NCBI GenBank assembly: GCA_964486045.1
Contig: CAZALK010000006.1
Coordinates: 32,001-96,000, forward strand
Reading direction: 5' to 3'
Origin: an uncultured archaeon
GTDB lineage: Archaea > Asgardarchaeota > Lokiarchaeia > Sigyniarchaeales > SOKP01
DNA: 64,000 nt
In this document: positions 9,432-20,260 of the stretch, in pieces
How the letters are laid out: each line of letters opens with the position of its first letter
How positions within the stretch are numbered: position 1 is the stretch's first letter
Notes under the pieces: model-generated
What the model was told of the DNA's origin: nothing
The model's input: the letters and a program-made list of their open reading frames with translations, nothing else
Database searches by the model: none
Translations under genes and position numbers: made by a program

Positions 9432-10844
9432 ATGGAAAGATTTTTATTTGTTTTAGGTTCGAATTGGCAAATTTCAATTGCAGAACTTGATAACTATCTT
9501 AGATATTCCAGAAATAAAGGGACGATTATTGATTATTCAGCTAATATAGCAGTAGTTGAGTTCGAAAAATTACATAAGGAAACATATTTTATAAATAAGC
9601 TTATGGAAATACAATTCACTTTAGGTGGTTGTCAGAAGATTGCTAAGATATTTGATTTTATTGATATTCACACAATCGAAGAGGGTTTCCCGTTGGAAAT
9701 TGAAAAATATAGATTTGTAGCAAAAAGTCGAAAAAAAATTCTAACCACAATCGATAATTCTCTAATAGGAAAAAATTTGATATTTCCCAAAGTATATGAA
9801 AGTATGTTCTTCGCGATATCGATATATCCAAGTCTTTATGAGGATAAATACTATTCTGAAATATTAGTAAAACATTTTTTACCTTTTTTAAATAAAGGAG
9901 TAATGGAACTTCTAAAACAAAAAGGAGCAGTGAAGAGCCTTTATTATAAATATCCAGAAAAAAATATGAAAGCAGGGAATTTAAATCCAATATTTCCTCA
10001 TGTTGTAATTAAATACGATTTACTTACCCAAAATAGAGCTGAAATTATATTCGGATTTACGGAGGAAGGAGTATATTTCGCAAGGACATTCATGGTTGAT
10101 GATCCTAATTTTAAAAAAAAAATCGATGAAGAACGACCTTTTAAAGAATTTAAAAGTAGTATTTCACCGAAGTTATCACTGATTATGTTAAATTTTTTAA
10201 ATTTGTTCAATAACAGAGAAAAAATAAAAATACTTGATCCGTTTGTTGGGAACGGTACTATTCTATTATTTGCACTATTACAAGACTTTCAAATCTATGG
10301 CTCAGATAAAGAGCAAACGAAAGTTAAAAATACTATTCGTAATTTAAACTGGATGTTGGAAGTATTAGAAGAACCACCACTTTTTATCGCTAACCAAATA
10401 CTAAAAATTGATGTTAAAAATTTATCGAATAATTTTAAACTAAATTTCTTTGATGGTATATGTACTGAACCAGAATTAGGACCTTTTTTTTTAGAAAAAC
10501 CCTTTTATATTCAAGCGAAAGAGGTGTTAGAAACAAAATTAGAGCCTATATATAACGATTTATTCAGAGAATCATATAAAATATTGAAAAATGATGGAAG
10601 AATTTGCTTAGTTGCTCCAATCATTAATACAATAGACGGAAATGATATCCAGTTAAACCTCGAGATTTTAGCATTGAAGCATAATTTTCAACTGATACCA
10701 ATGTTAGATCCTGATAGATTAATAAATAAATCAAATCCTAAGCTTCAATTTCGTAAGAAACCAGTGAAAAATTTAATTGATGCTAAGAAAGGTCAGATTA
10801 TTAAAAGAAAACTATACATTTTTGAGAAAAGCGTAAAAAAATGA
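9432..10844 (+). CDS. Trm11/TrmG10-like RNA methyltransferase
   Basis: SISPKLS, ILDPFVGNGTIL, GSD, ICTEPELG. Confidence 0.7.
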   Translation: MERFLFVLGSNWQISIAELDNYLRYSRNKGTIIDYSANIAVVEFEKLHKETYFINKLMEIQFTLGGCQKIAKIFDFIDIHTIEEGFPLEIEKYRFVAKSRKKILTTIDNSLIGKNLIFPKVYESMFFAISIYPSLYEDKYYSEILVKHFLPFLNKGVMELLKQKGAVKSLYYKYPEKNMKAGNLNPIFPHVVIKYDLLTQNRAEIIFGFTEEGVYFARTFMVDDPNFKKKIDEERPFKEFKSSISPKLSLIMLNFLNLFNNREKIKILDPFVGNGTILLFALLQDFQIYGSDKEQTKVKNTIRNLNWMLEVLEEPPLFIANQILKIDVKNLSNNFKLNFFDGICTEPELGPFFLEKPFYIQAKEVLETKLEPIYNDLFRESYKILKNDGRICLVAPIINTIDGNDIQLNLEILALKHNFQLIPMLDPDRLINKSNPKLQFRKKPVKNLIDAKKGQIIKRKLYIFEKSVKK

Positions 10845-11518
10845 ATTTTAAGGAAATATTAAACAAAATTGAGATTGAAATTGAAGGGGAAGCACATTTA
10901 GATGAACTAGCTAAGAAAAAACAAGATCCATTTAAAATTTTAATATCAACAATACTCTCAGCCCGAACAAGAGACTCTAATACAAGAATTGCATCTGAAA
11001 GATTATTTGCCATATATGACACACCTCAACTAATAGCTGAGGCACAATTAGACGAACTCGAAGAATTAATTAAAGTCTCTGGATTTTATAAGGTTAAAGC
11101 TGCGCGGATAAAAGAAGTTTCTAAAATACTGTTTGAGGATTATAATAGTAAAGTTCCTACTGATTTTGAAGAATTGATAAATTTACCAGGAGTTGGTCCT
11201 AAAACTGCAAATTGTGTGTTAGTGTATGCTTTTAAGATTCCTGCCATTCCAGTAGACGTTCATGTTCATAGGATAACAAATAGATTACAGTGGGTAACTA
11301 CTACTAACCCTGACAAAACAGAACAAGCTTTAAAAAAAATAATTCCTAAGGATTTATGGATAGATTTAAATCCATTGTTGGTTAGATTTGGCCAGCAAAA
11401 ATGTCTACCTATTCGTCCTAAATGTGAAATTTGCTCAATAAGGGATCTCTGTCCTAAAGATTTTTCAATGGAGAGAGCTAAAAAAAAGAAGAAGAAACTG
11501 AAAAATAAATCGGTTTAA
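10841..11518 (+). CDS. nth: Endonuclease III (HhH-GPD, 4Fe-4S)
   Basis: PFKILISTILS, LPGVGPKTA, VDVHVHR, C-x6-C-x2-C-x5-C. Confidence 0.93.
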   Translation: MNFKEILNKIEIEIEGEAHLDELAKKKQDPFKILISTILSARTRDSNTRIASERLFAIYDTPQLIAEAQLDELEELIKVSGFYKVKAARIKEVSKILFEDYNSKVPTDFEELINLPGVGPKTANCVLVYAFKIPAIPVDVHVHRITNRLQWVTTTNPDKTEQALKKIIPKDLWIDLNPLLVRFGQQKCLPIRPKCEICSIRDLCPKDFSMERAKKKKKKLKNKSV

Positions 11519-12114
11519 TATAATTCTGTTATTTGGTTTTTACGATAATAGAATATATAACCTAATAGAAGTCCAGCTAGTAAACCAAAAATATGAGCCC
11601 ACATATTAATTCCTGGTGCAAAAGAGGCTATAATAAAATAGCCTATATATAAAAGGGCAAAAGGTAAGAGAGCGCGATTATCAGTTATTATTATGATTAG
11701 TGCTACCCCAATTAGGCCAAATATGGCTCCTGAGGCTCCCAAACTAATTACATCTAACGGTAATAAGAATAGTGAGAATAAATTGCCAAAGAATCCGGCT
11801 ATAAAATAAATCAATAAAAATTTTAACCTCGAAAGCCTCTGATTCGTTTCTATAGTTGCGCCAAACAATAATAGAGCAATTGAATTTGAAAGTAAATGTA
11901 ATTCACTTGCGTGAAAAAATATTGGTGTAATGAGTCTCCATAACTCATAGTTATCTATAATGTTTCTATTAATCTGGACAAATAATAAAATATACTCATC
12001 TGGTAGAGCGAAATTAAAGAGTAAAAAAATTGCAATATTTAAGAAAACTAAACTTATCGTGATTTTTGCATCCTTCAGATGGTCAATATCTAGAAACATC
12101 ACGATCAAAATCAC
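11515..12114 (-). CDS. Rhomboid family intramembrane serine protease
   Basis: WRLIT..F.H...HL..N, GASGAIFG, AHIFG. Confidence 0.92.
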   Translation of the reverse strand: MILIVMFLDIDHLKDAKITISLVFLNIAIFLLFNFALPDEYILLFVQINRNIIDNYELWRLITPIFFHASELHLLSNSIALLLFGATIETNQRLSRLKFLLIYFIAGFFGNLFSLFLLPLDVISLGASGAIFGLIGVALIIIITDNRALLPFALLYIGYFIIASFAPGINMWAHIFGLLAGLLLGYIFYYRKNQITELY

Positions 12115-12218
12115 TTTTTATCCAAAGTTATGTTGAGATAGAATTGAGAAAAACAGTTAAAAGTTATTATAACAAAATATAATAGTCTAGTTTTATATTA
12201 TTTTTTTAACAGCTCAAG

Positions 12219-13463
12219 TTGATAAATTTGGACAGAAATGAAAGACTAAAAGATAGGTTAAAAGTTAAAAAAAAACGTTTGTTAGATACCTTAATTTATA
12301 ACGAAATTTTAAAAGATAAAAGGCTAATTAAAGCATTTATTGACGTTCCTTTAGAACATTTTATACCCGAAAAGCTCAGAAATAATAGACTCTATGAGGA
12401 TGTACCAAACCTCTTTTATTATATTAAAGATAATCCAAGAAGTTCTAGGACAATTTCTGCTCCTCATATGATTACAATAATGCTTCAAGGACTAAATCTT
12501 GAGGAAAGTGATGATCTTTTAATACTAGGAGCAAAAAGTGGCTATATTGCAGCTTTAGCACATAAGTTAGCACCTAAAGGTGAGATAATAATTCTCGAAG
12601 CAAATTCCGATATTGCAAAACTTACAGCACAAAATTTAAAGAAGTTAAAATTAGACGATAGTGTAACAATTATTATGAAGAATCCTCTTAACGGAGCGCC
12701 AGATTTATGCCCATGGCATAAAATATTAGTAACGGGTGCAATTGAGCAGTTAAAGATTTATTCTTTGTTAAATCAACTTGATAAAGATGGTGGGGTTTTA
12801 TTCGCTCCTATTGGACCATCAAATACACAGTTGGATCATCAAAATTATACTCAAATTTTGAGACAAGGAGACGAATTTTTTGGAAAAAAACAACTTCAGG
12901 TAAGGTTTTCACCATTAATAACTCAATTAGAAATAGATGAATTAGAATTAATAACAGATTTTGAGAAATTTGAGATTAAAGATTCACCTGGTCCAGCAAA
13001 CGATTATGAAAAAGATTATTGGGAAAAAAAAATAGCTATTAAATACACATCCAATATTCTTGATACTATAACTCCAGAAGATATAGTTAGAACTGAATCT
13101 ACAGATAAATCCGAAAGGGATTTAGTGGTGTCGCATTTTGAAAGAGTTGCCGAAATTGTTAAGAGCTTAAGATTGGAAGAAGACCTCAACAAAATTTTTA
13201 CTAAAATTGATACCATTGATGATACATTTGAGAAATTAAGAGTACATAAACGAAATTTTGAGCTTAAAATTAAAAAAATGCAAAATAGTTTAAATCAGAT
13301 AAGATCTCTTAATATCGTTAGAAAAGAATTAAAAAACAAAGATTTAACAGATTCTGCAGTTTTAGAACAAAAAATTAGTGTAATAAATCAACAGCTTTTT
13401 GAACTTAATCAATTGATGAAATTAATAAAAGAAGAAATAAAACGGATAAAATCTGTATATTGA
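12219..13463 (+). CDS. Protein-L-isoaspartate O-methyltransferase-like protein with C-terminal coiled-coil extension
   Basis: TISAPHM, LILGAKSGY (degenerate motif I), ILVTGA, LLNQL..GG.LFAPIG, VRFSPL. Confidence 0.7.
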   Translation: MINLDRNERLKDRLKVKKKRLLDTLIYNEILKDKRLIKAFIDVPLEHFIPEKLRNNRLYEDVPNLFYYIKDNPRSSRTISAPHMITIMLQGLNLEESDDLLILGAKSGYIAALAHKLAPKGEIIILEANSDIAKLTAQNLKKLKLDDSVTIIMKNPLNGAPDLCPWHKILVTGAIEQLKIYSLLNQLDKDGGVLFAPIGPSNTQLDHQNYTQILRQGDEFFGKKQLQVRFSPLITQLEIDELELITDFEKFEIKDSPGPANDYEKDYWEKKIAIKYTSNILDTITPEDIVRTESTDKSERDLVVSHFERVAEIVKSLRLEEDLNKIFTKIDTIDDTFEKLRVHKRNFELKIKKMQNSLNQIRSLNIVRKELKNKDLTDSAVLEQKISVINQQLFELNQLMKLIKEEIKRIKSVY

Positions 13464-13556
13464 AATGGAGTCAGATTTACATTTCTTATAAATATTACAA
13501 TTGATAGACAGATTGCGAGAAGCGTTGATATTTTACTTTCCTCAACTCACTTATTA

Positions 13557-14204
13557 TTAAAAAATATATTCCAAATTATAAAATCCGATTAAAATCACAA
13601 AGATTGCTATAATCATGAGTAAAGAATTGTAAGGTGGGGATATTACTCTATAAGGTGTTTTTTCTTTATAGGTTTCATACAGTATACCAAATCTAGGGAC
13701 AAACACGTATTTCTCTTTTAAAAAACCATATAAATTTGTTATTATTATTAATAGAGGAGTAATGACTAGACCAACAAATGAATCTAATATAAATGTCGAA
13801 CCTATAAATAACAATAACCAGGCTAAGCAGGTTGGATGCCTTATAATCTTGTAAACACCATTTGTTACCAATCTATAATCTTCTTCATCTTCTTGTATAT
13901 CTTTTACGCTTTTCTTGATTAAAGTATAAATTTTAACTCCTACGGCTGAGAAAATGACACCAAGCATTAAAAACCAAATCCAATATTGTCGGAAATAACT
14001 TACGTTATCATTAAAGTAGGGCTCTAAAAAGCTTGAACTAATAAATGGAATAGGATTTAAACATATAACACAAATAAGTGGAAATATTTTCTTATAAGCA
14101 GATAATATTTTATCTTTCTTATTCAAAATTTTAATCTGTATTGTCCAGAAGACGGTAAAATTTATTAGAAATACTGTAATTAAGATTAGACTTATTATTA
14201 TCAT
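13557..14204 (-). CDS. Isoprenylcysteine carboxylmethyltransferase / PEMT-family membrane protein
   Basis: LVTNGVYKIIRHP, FG..Y..Y...TP, multiple TM helices. Confidence 0.75.
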   Translation of the reverse strand: MIIISLILITVFLINFTVFWTIQIKILNKKDKILSAYKKIFPLICVICLNPIPFISSSFLEPYFNDNVSYFRQYWIWFLMLGVIFSAVGVKIYTLIKKSVKDIQEDEEDYRLVTNGVYKIIRHPTCLAWLLLFIGSTFILDSFVGLVITPLLIIITNLYGFLKEKYVFVPRFGILYETYKEKTPYRVISPPYNSLLMIIAIFVILIGFYNLEYIF

Positions 14205-14492
14205 AAAACACTTCCTACAGATAGAAGTCGATTTTCTATTGTAATGCTATACATTAGAATATTTTTTGTAGCTAAATTAATTTTCTAAAAGCATGGATTT
14301 TCTTATTCTTCTTTAATACTTTAAAACCACATCTCTAAACTCAAAACTGGTTGTTTAAGACTAAAAAATGTTATGGTTTCGTTGTTAAAATCAAACTATT
14401 AAGAATTTAATAAATCTTTAACCGAAACTTTTTATCTTTCAAGAAACTTTTTCTTTTTATAGAATTTTGATGGATTTTTGGTTATCTCTTAA

Positions 14493-15737
14493 ATGCCTGA
14501 ATTAATATCTCTTAGATGTTTTTATTACAGTAATGGAAAGGATCCTTCTGTGTTGAGTTCATATATAGCTCCACCATATGATGTTATTTCAGAAGAAGAG
14601 AAGCGAGATTTGAAGAATAAGAATCCTAATAATATATGTCATGTAATACTTCCAGAAAGGTATGAAATTGCTGGTCGGAAATTAGATGAGATGATTGAAA
14701 ACAATACTTTAATTTCTAACAAAAACAGATGCATTTGTATATATGGAATAGAATACGTAAGACCGGATAATGGTAAAAGAATGACTAGATATGGCTTTGT
14801 AGGCTTATTAAAGCTAGCTGAAATATTTCCGGCGGTAGATGGAATTGTGCCACATGAAATGACTTTTAAGAAATTTACGGTGGATAGGTTAAATCTAATA
14901 GAGAAAACTGATGCGAATTTTTCTCCCATTTTTACAATTTATAATGGAAACGGTTCTGCTATTAACATTTTTAACAAATACGTAAGCACAGAACCGTACC
15001 TTAAAACTTTTGATAGAGAAGGTTTCACTCATAAAATCTGGATGATTTCAAATGAGGAAGATATTAAACAGTTTCAGGAGATCATAAAGAAGAATAGTGT
15101 TATTATTGCTGATGGTCATCATCGTTATATTACATGTCTTCGTCATAGCCGGAATGGTGGGTGTAAATACATTATGGCTCTTTTTATCGACTTTAACGAT
15201 CCTGGGCTAATTATCTATACTAATCACCGTCAAATACACAAACTCCCTGTTGAGAATCTAGATGATCTTAAAAACAAGGTTAAATCTACTTTTATGATTA
15301 ATGAAAATATTACTAATTTTCAAAAGCTAAGAGAATTAATGGAAAAAAACAAAGGAAAACACGTTTTTGGATGTTACACAAAAAACAAATTTATTTTTTT
15401 AAAACTAAAAAAAGAAATAAATATCGAAGAATTGGTATCAGGAAATCACTCAAAAGATTGGAAAAATTTATCTCTCCCTATATTGCATAATATTCTTTTA
15501 AAGAATTGTCTCAATATCAAACCAGAAGATATATCTTTTATTAAAGATGAAGAAAAAGGTTTAGAAAATGTTGACAACGGAATTATTGATGCACTATTCA
15601 TGGTTAATCCTCCAACCCTGGAGGAAATTCAAAGAATTACTCAGTTAGGAGAAATTATGCCTCAAAAATCCACTTATTTCTATCCTAAACCATTATCTGG
15701 GCTCATAATACACCGTCACACAGGTAGTATAGAGTGA
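14493..15737 (+). CDS. DUF1015 family protein
   Basis: APPYDVIS, PHE.T, ANFSPIF, IADGHHRY, MPQKSTYFYPK..SGL. Confidence 0.9.
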   Translation: MPELISLRCFYYSNGKDPSVLSSYIAPPYDVISEEEKRDLKNKNPNNICHVILPERYEIAGRKLDEMIENNTLISNKNRCICIYGIEYVRPDNGKRMTRYGFVGLLKLAEIFPAVDGIVPHEMTFKKFTVDRLNLIEKTDANFSPIFTIYNGNGSAINIFNKYVSTEPYLKTFDREGFTHKIWMISNEEDIKQFQEIIKKNSVIIADGHHRYITCLRHSRNGGCKYIMALFIDFNDPGLIIYTNHRQIHKLPVENLDDLKNKVKSTFMINENITNFQKLRELMEKNKGKHVFGCYTKNKFIFLKLKKEINIEELVSGNHSKDWKNLSLPILHNILLKNCLNIKPEDISFIKDEEKGLENVDNGIIDALFMVNPPTLEEIQRITQLGEIMPQKSTYFYPKPLSGLIIHRHTGSIE

Positions 15738-15817
15738 ATCTTTTTAACAATGGTCTTAGCTTTAAATTCGATATATTTAAAATATTATTTTAAATCTAAG
15801 ATATTAACATTATTATA

Positions 15818-16192
15818 TTGGTGATTGAAATGGGAGAAGAAGAAAAAGAAGAAGATAATTTATCAAAAGAAGAACTTGAAGTGTTCTACGAGGTTTTATT
15901 TAAAAGAATTATGGACTTAATTAAAAAACCCAAAATTGATGCTGATCCATTTGGAGAAATGATTAAAGGATTATCTGTATTATCTGGCATATTTTCTTTT
16001 AAAGGAATGGTTTCTTTGATACCAGAGCTAATTGCAAGTGCCATTAGATACGGAATGATGGTCGAAAAAGCATATGAGCAAGAGCAATTGAATATAGATG
16101 AAGATGAACAAGGATTAAGCGTTATTAAAGAACAAGAAAGACGATTGTCCAAAATTAAAGAAGATTTAGACAAAGTTGGTTTATACCTCTAA
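15818..16192 (+). CDS. Hypothetical helical protein
   Basis: ORF with coding-like composition. Likely ATG at 15830 after GGTGA. Confidence 0.55.
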   Translation: MVIEMGEEEKEEDNLSKEELEVFYEVLFKRIMDLIKKPKIDADPFGEMIKGLSVLSGIFSFKGMVSLIPELIASAIRYGMMVEKAYEQEQLNIDEDEQGLSVIKEQERRLSKIKEDLDKVGLYL

Positions 16193-16285
16193 AAATATGG
16201 TTTTTTTTTAATTTTTTTGTTCAGTATTTCTCCTTTATTTAAAAAAATTAGAAAAAAAGAAAAATTATATGGAATTTTTAAAAAA

Positions 16286-18409
16286 TTAGTTATATTTGGT
16301 TTTAAATCCTTTTAACTTAACTAAAACATCATCTCTCAATGAACCAACTACAATTTTATCACCAAGATTTTTCATTTCTTTAGCAAATGCTAATACTTGA
16401 TGTAAAACTGGTCCCGGAGGTAGAGCTTCCTTAGTATCCTCCAAAATCTGACTTAATTTTGTTGCAGTTATAGCTTTATCAACTTGTTTATATAAATTAA
16501 TAAAAGTATCATGAATCTTTCCTGATTGTGCATGTTCAACATGTGCTTTTGGTGTTTCTGTACCTGCAGGAGGTGCTCCAGAAGAACCAGATGATTCTCC
16601 ACCACCTCTTCCTAAAACTATAATAACGGGTTCAGATCGCGGATAGTCACCTGAACCTGAGCAATTATAATTAATGCTTATAGAAGAACCACCTTTAATT
16701 TCAACTACTTTTACATGTAATTCTGAGAAATCACCTACTTGGACAACTTCGTGAGTTGTTCCTTCGGGAGGTGTGAATTCGGTTAAACTAAAACCTGTGG
16801 GTATTATGTCTTTAACTAATAAATTCTCTAATTCCACATCTCCTTTGTTTTGAACTCTTACTCCTATACTAAATTCCCCTTCTGAAAGTCCAGGTTTGAT
16901 ACTTTTGAGTGTTTTGAGTTTACGTTTAACGTATCTGACTTTTAGTTCTGGTTCTTCATCAGGTGATTTTATAAAAGATTTTCCCTCAAGAGGACTATTA
17001 ATATCTATTTTTACGGGCGTCATGTATTTTGTTTCTGTTGGTGGCCTTGGATTTCTTGCTAAAAGTGGATAGGAAATTACCATCTCCTTCTGTGGTAGAA
17101 ATTCCTTTGAAAGATTAAATAGCTCTATATACACTTGATGTTTTTTAGAAAAATCTTGATCACTAGGATCTATAAGTATTCGATTGATAAATTCCTCTCT
17201 TGAACCTACATCTACATCTCCTCCTAATATAATTGATAAATCTTTTACTAAAGGAGGAATAAAATCAGGAGGGATTTCATCTGACACAAATACTTTTTCA
17301 ATCACAGAAGAACCAATATTTACAATGGTGTTAACAATTTTCATATTTGTATTGGCATAAGCGTCAACTTCAGGCGGATTAATAGCTTTATCAATACTTG
17401 CACTTAAAACAGTATAAATTGTCGATTCCTTTATAATTTCTCCAATGACTCTAGGAACTACTATAAACAATGGTGTAAAAACAATTTCTGAAGATAATTC
17501 AGGAACATCTTTAGCCTCAACCAGAAAATCAAAATCCCAAGATTCATCAGGATTTAGTACTTTATCTGGTGTTTCGGAAACAACCGTTTCTACTCCAGTA
17601 GGAATATTTTGCGTGACTTTGGTATCTTCTAACTTTACTTGGAATTCAGATTCATTAATGAATTCAACATTGCAATCCCACATTCCTGGCGTAGTGCCTT
17701 CATCTCTATCAATTCCACTCATTGAATCTGTTAATCCCCGTACACTAGGATCCATCATTGTTAATTTATAATTATTAATTAAATAATTAACAGTTAAGAC
17801 TCCTAGTTCTTGGCTAACTAACTCACTCATCTTTACCGTGAAGAAGATTTCCAGTTCAGCTGGAGTTTGAGCATCTAAAGAGGGTATTTCCCATGAAAGG
17901 ATTCTTTTCCCCTCTTCTTCTCTCAGAGATGCGGCACCGTGGCTTGGATCTCTCATTTCAACCTCTTGAATAAAAGCAGGCATGTCTCTTTGAGTTTTAA
18001 TATCTAAAATAGGCAAATTCAAAGGATTAGTAAGGATTAGTTTGAGACTGCATTTATTGTCATTTTGATAGAGAAATGCATTATTTACTTTGCCTGTTAT
18101 AGACTTTTCTGCATCAAACATTTCCTCTACTTTTAGAGTGGGGTTTTTAAGATCCTTAATTTCATAGTCTTTGGCAAATTCTTGAGTAGGGTTTATGATA
18201 CCAACGGATAACTCTTTTGATTCAAGATTAGTGTTAACGGGTTCCTTAACATCGCACACCATATTCCAGAGTCTGCTCTTTTGAGTAGGATTTTTTACAA
18301 GAAGTGTTCCACTGCCAGAAATTTCTTTCAGATTTTGCTCTCCATCGAGAAGGATGAATTCTTTATCAGTTATTTCTATTATTATTAGGTTTTCGGACAT
18401 CGATATCAA
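16286..18409 (-). CDS. Large beta-sandwich protein; N-terminal adaptin mu-homology-like region, DUF11-like Ig repeats, C-terminal helical domain
   Basis: NLIIIEITDKEFILLDGEQNLKEISGSGTLLVKN and ILSWEIPSL resemble mu-homology strands. N.G......V.D.IP..F repeats. Likely ATG at 18400. Confidence 0.5.
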   Translation of the reverse strand: MISMSENLIIIEITDKEFILLDGEQNLKEISGSGTLLVKNPTQKSRLWNMVCDVKEPVNTNLESKELSVGIINPTQEFAKDYEIKDLKNPTLKVEEMFDAEKSITGKVNNAFLYQNDNKCSLKLILTNPLNLPILDIKTQRDMPAFIQEVEMRDPSHGAASLREEEGKRILSWEIPSLDAQTPAELEIFFTVKMSELVSQELGVLTVNYLINNYKLTMMDPSVRGLTDSMSGIDRDEGTTPGMWDCNVEFINESEFQVKLEDTKVTQNIPTGVETVVSETPDKVLNPDESWDFDFLVEAKDVPELSSEIVFTPLFIVVPRVIGEIIKESTIYTVLSASIDKAINPPEVDAYANTNMKIVNTIVNIGSSVIEKVFVSDEIPPDFIPPLVKDLSIILGGDVDVGSREEFINRILIDPSDQDFSKKHQVYIELFNLSKEFLPQKEMVISYPLLARNPRPPTETKYMTPVKIDINSPLEGKSFIKSPDEEPELKVRYVKRKLKTLKSIKPGLSEGEFSIGVRVQNKGDVELENLLVKDIIPTGFSLTEFTPPEGTTHEVVQVGDFSELHVKVVEIKGGSSISINYNCSGSGDYPRSEPVIIVLGRGGGESSGSSGAPPAGTETPKAHVEHAQSGKIHDTFINLYKQVDKAITATKLSQILEDTKEALPPGPVLHQVLAFAKEMKNLGDKIVVGSLRDDVLVKLKGFKTKYN

Positions 18410-18679
18410 TTTTATTTTCTTATAATAAAATTTTCTACAAATTTTGTTATCAAAATAATAAAACTAAGGTTTTATAAATTTCTCTAAAAACTAAATCCTT
18501 AAGTAGTGAACTAATAAAAATCATTCAGTTGTGAATTAGTAACTAAGAAGAAAAAAAATACTTAATCAAATGAAATGGTCACAATTGCTAAAATATTTGA
18601 TAGAATCGGGTTAGTCATAGTTAGAAATACCATGCTCTATTTAAATTCGTGAATTGAAATTCTTTTCTATGGTTATAAT

Positions 18680-20260
18680 TCATTTCTTCTTTGCAGTGAG
18701 AATATGTTTCTTGAACTCTTCGTTCTGTAAGGTCTGGCAGCAACCCTTGTATGAATACTCAAGATGTATGTCTGGTTCGGAGACAGGAACCCCTAAAATT
18801 TCCCTTTTTGTGAATTCGCTTAAAATAAATGCTTTATATTCATCATTTTGCTCTAAACTTATCATAGACTGCGCAACTTCTTGATATGTGGCATTCATAT
18901 GTTTATTCAAAAATAAAGCATTAATAATTAGCAATGCCATATGGTACCCCACCCGATAAAGTGTCTCAGCAGGGTCGTATCTATCAAGATTTAAATGACT
19001 ATCAAACATGTCAGCAAGAATATCATATACCGCTCCAGTGAATACTTGTGAAATCTCATGAACTTCGGTTGAAACTTGACTCATTTTAAGATCATTATCT
19101 GCATTTCGTAGTCCAGTAGATTTCCCAAATAAAGCTTCACCAAATTGTTCACCCATAATAGGAAAGAAGGTTTTATTATGGAGATCGGCCTTTGATTCGG
19201 CAACAATTGCATCACATATATCGAACTGAGCCAATAACATGAATATTGAAGTAAGATCCCCAAAGGATTCGTGTAACCCACCGGTCTCAGGATGCCAACT
19301 AATCAAAAATTCGGGGCATAAGGCATCAAGGAAAGCATGTCCAGTCTCATGGGCTACAATATCGAAAGAACGGCAAGTATAAACTAAAGGTTTTGATTGA
19401 TCGTCGTTCGGATGAAAATAAAAAAATTTTAAAGCTTGCTCGTCTCTACTATAGTATGCATTAGCTCCATATTCCGCATATGGGTACACGTTAATCTGAT
19501 CTTTGCCCCATTGCCACTGAAAACCAGAATACCGATCATTTTGTTTTAAAAGCGCCCTATTATACATAGTGATCACTTGTCGAATCACAGTAAATGTGTG
19601 AACGGCATCAAACTTCTTTGGGTTTTTCTTATGGTCGTATAAAAAATCATTTTTATTGTCTGACTTAGCAATCGGTAAACCGACTATATTAATGTCACCA
19701 TCTTTTGGGCCATCTTGAATTAAGGTGTGTAAATAAGTTAGGGTTGGAGATGAAACAGTCGGGTCTTGCTCCCAAACTCTTACTTTTGAGCCCATGGTGT
19801 TTTTTTTTTCATTTGGTATTTCAATAGGATCTCCCGGACCGTTTCCATCGTTTTTAGCTTCTGAGACCCAATCCGTCACTTCCTTAAAAGATGGTACCTT
19901 AGTAAGTAGATCTGGTTGTTCCTTTTTCAATGTGACAATTTTATCTAAAAGAGTTTTTGGATTTCTCCGTGCTAGTTGTTTGACAGAGTTAACTCCGGAT
20001 AAATTTATAATGTTTGCATATTCTGGAGTAATACCTTTTATTCGCATTAAATCGGCATGTTCTTGCCATGTGTCAATTAGTTTTGCGGATATTCCTGTTT
20101 TTTTAGCTAATTTTTTTATATCATAACTAGAAAGTGGCAGTAGATCCTTAACAGAATGAATTCCTTCTTTTTCTAATTTTTTTGCATGAACAATTTCAAG
20201 CCCAATTATTTCTATTAATTTCATACTTTTTTTCACCAATTTTTTGATTAATAACAACAT
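18680..20260 (-). CDS. DUF4332 (HhH) domain fused to M4/M36-like zinc metallopeptidase
   Basis: N-terminal ADLMRIKGITPEYA..I..SGV.SV..LA.RNP. Peptidase motifs NAYY, AHETGH, GLHESFGD, EVH. Likely ATG at 20224. Confidence 0.75.
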   Translation of the reverse strand: MLLLIKKLVKKSMKLIEIIGLEIVHAKKLEKEGIHSVKDLLPLSSYDIKKLAKKTGISAKLIDTWQEHADLMRIKGITPEYANIINLSGVNSVKQLARRNPKTLLDKIVTLKKEQPDLLTKVPSFKEVTDWVSEAKNDGNGPGDPIEIPNEKKNTMGSKVRVWEQDPTVSSPTLTYLHTLIQDGPKDGDINIVGLPIAKSDNKNDFLYDHKKNPKKFDAVHTFTVIRQVITMYNRALLKQNDRYSGFQWQWGKDQINVYPYAEYGANAYYSRDEQALKFFYFHPNDDQSKPLVYTCRSFDIVAHETGHAFLDALCPEFLISWHPETGGLHESFGDLTSIFMLLAQFDICDAIVAESKADLHNKTFFPIMGEQFGEALFGKSTGLRNADNDLKMSQVSTEVHEISQVFTGAVYDILADMFDSHLNLDRYDPAETLYRVGYHMALLIINALFLNKHMNATYQEVAQSMISLEQNDEYKAFILSEFTKREILGVPVSEPDIHLEYSYKGCCQTLQNEEFKKHILTAKKK

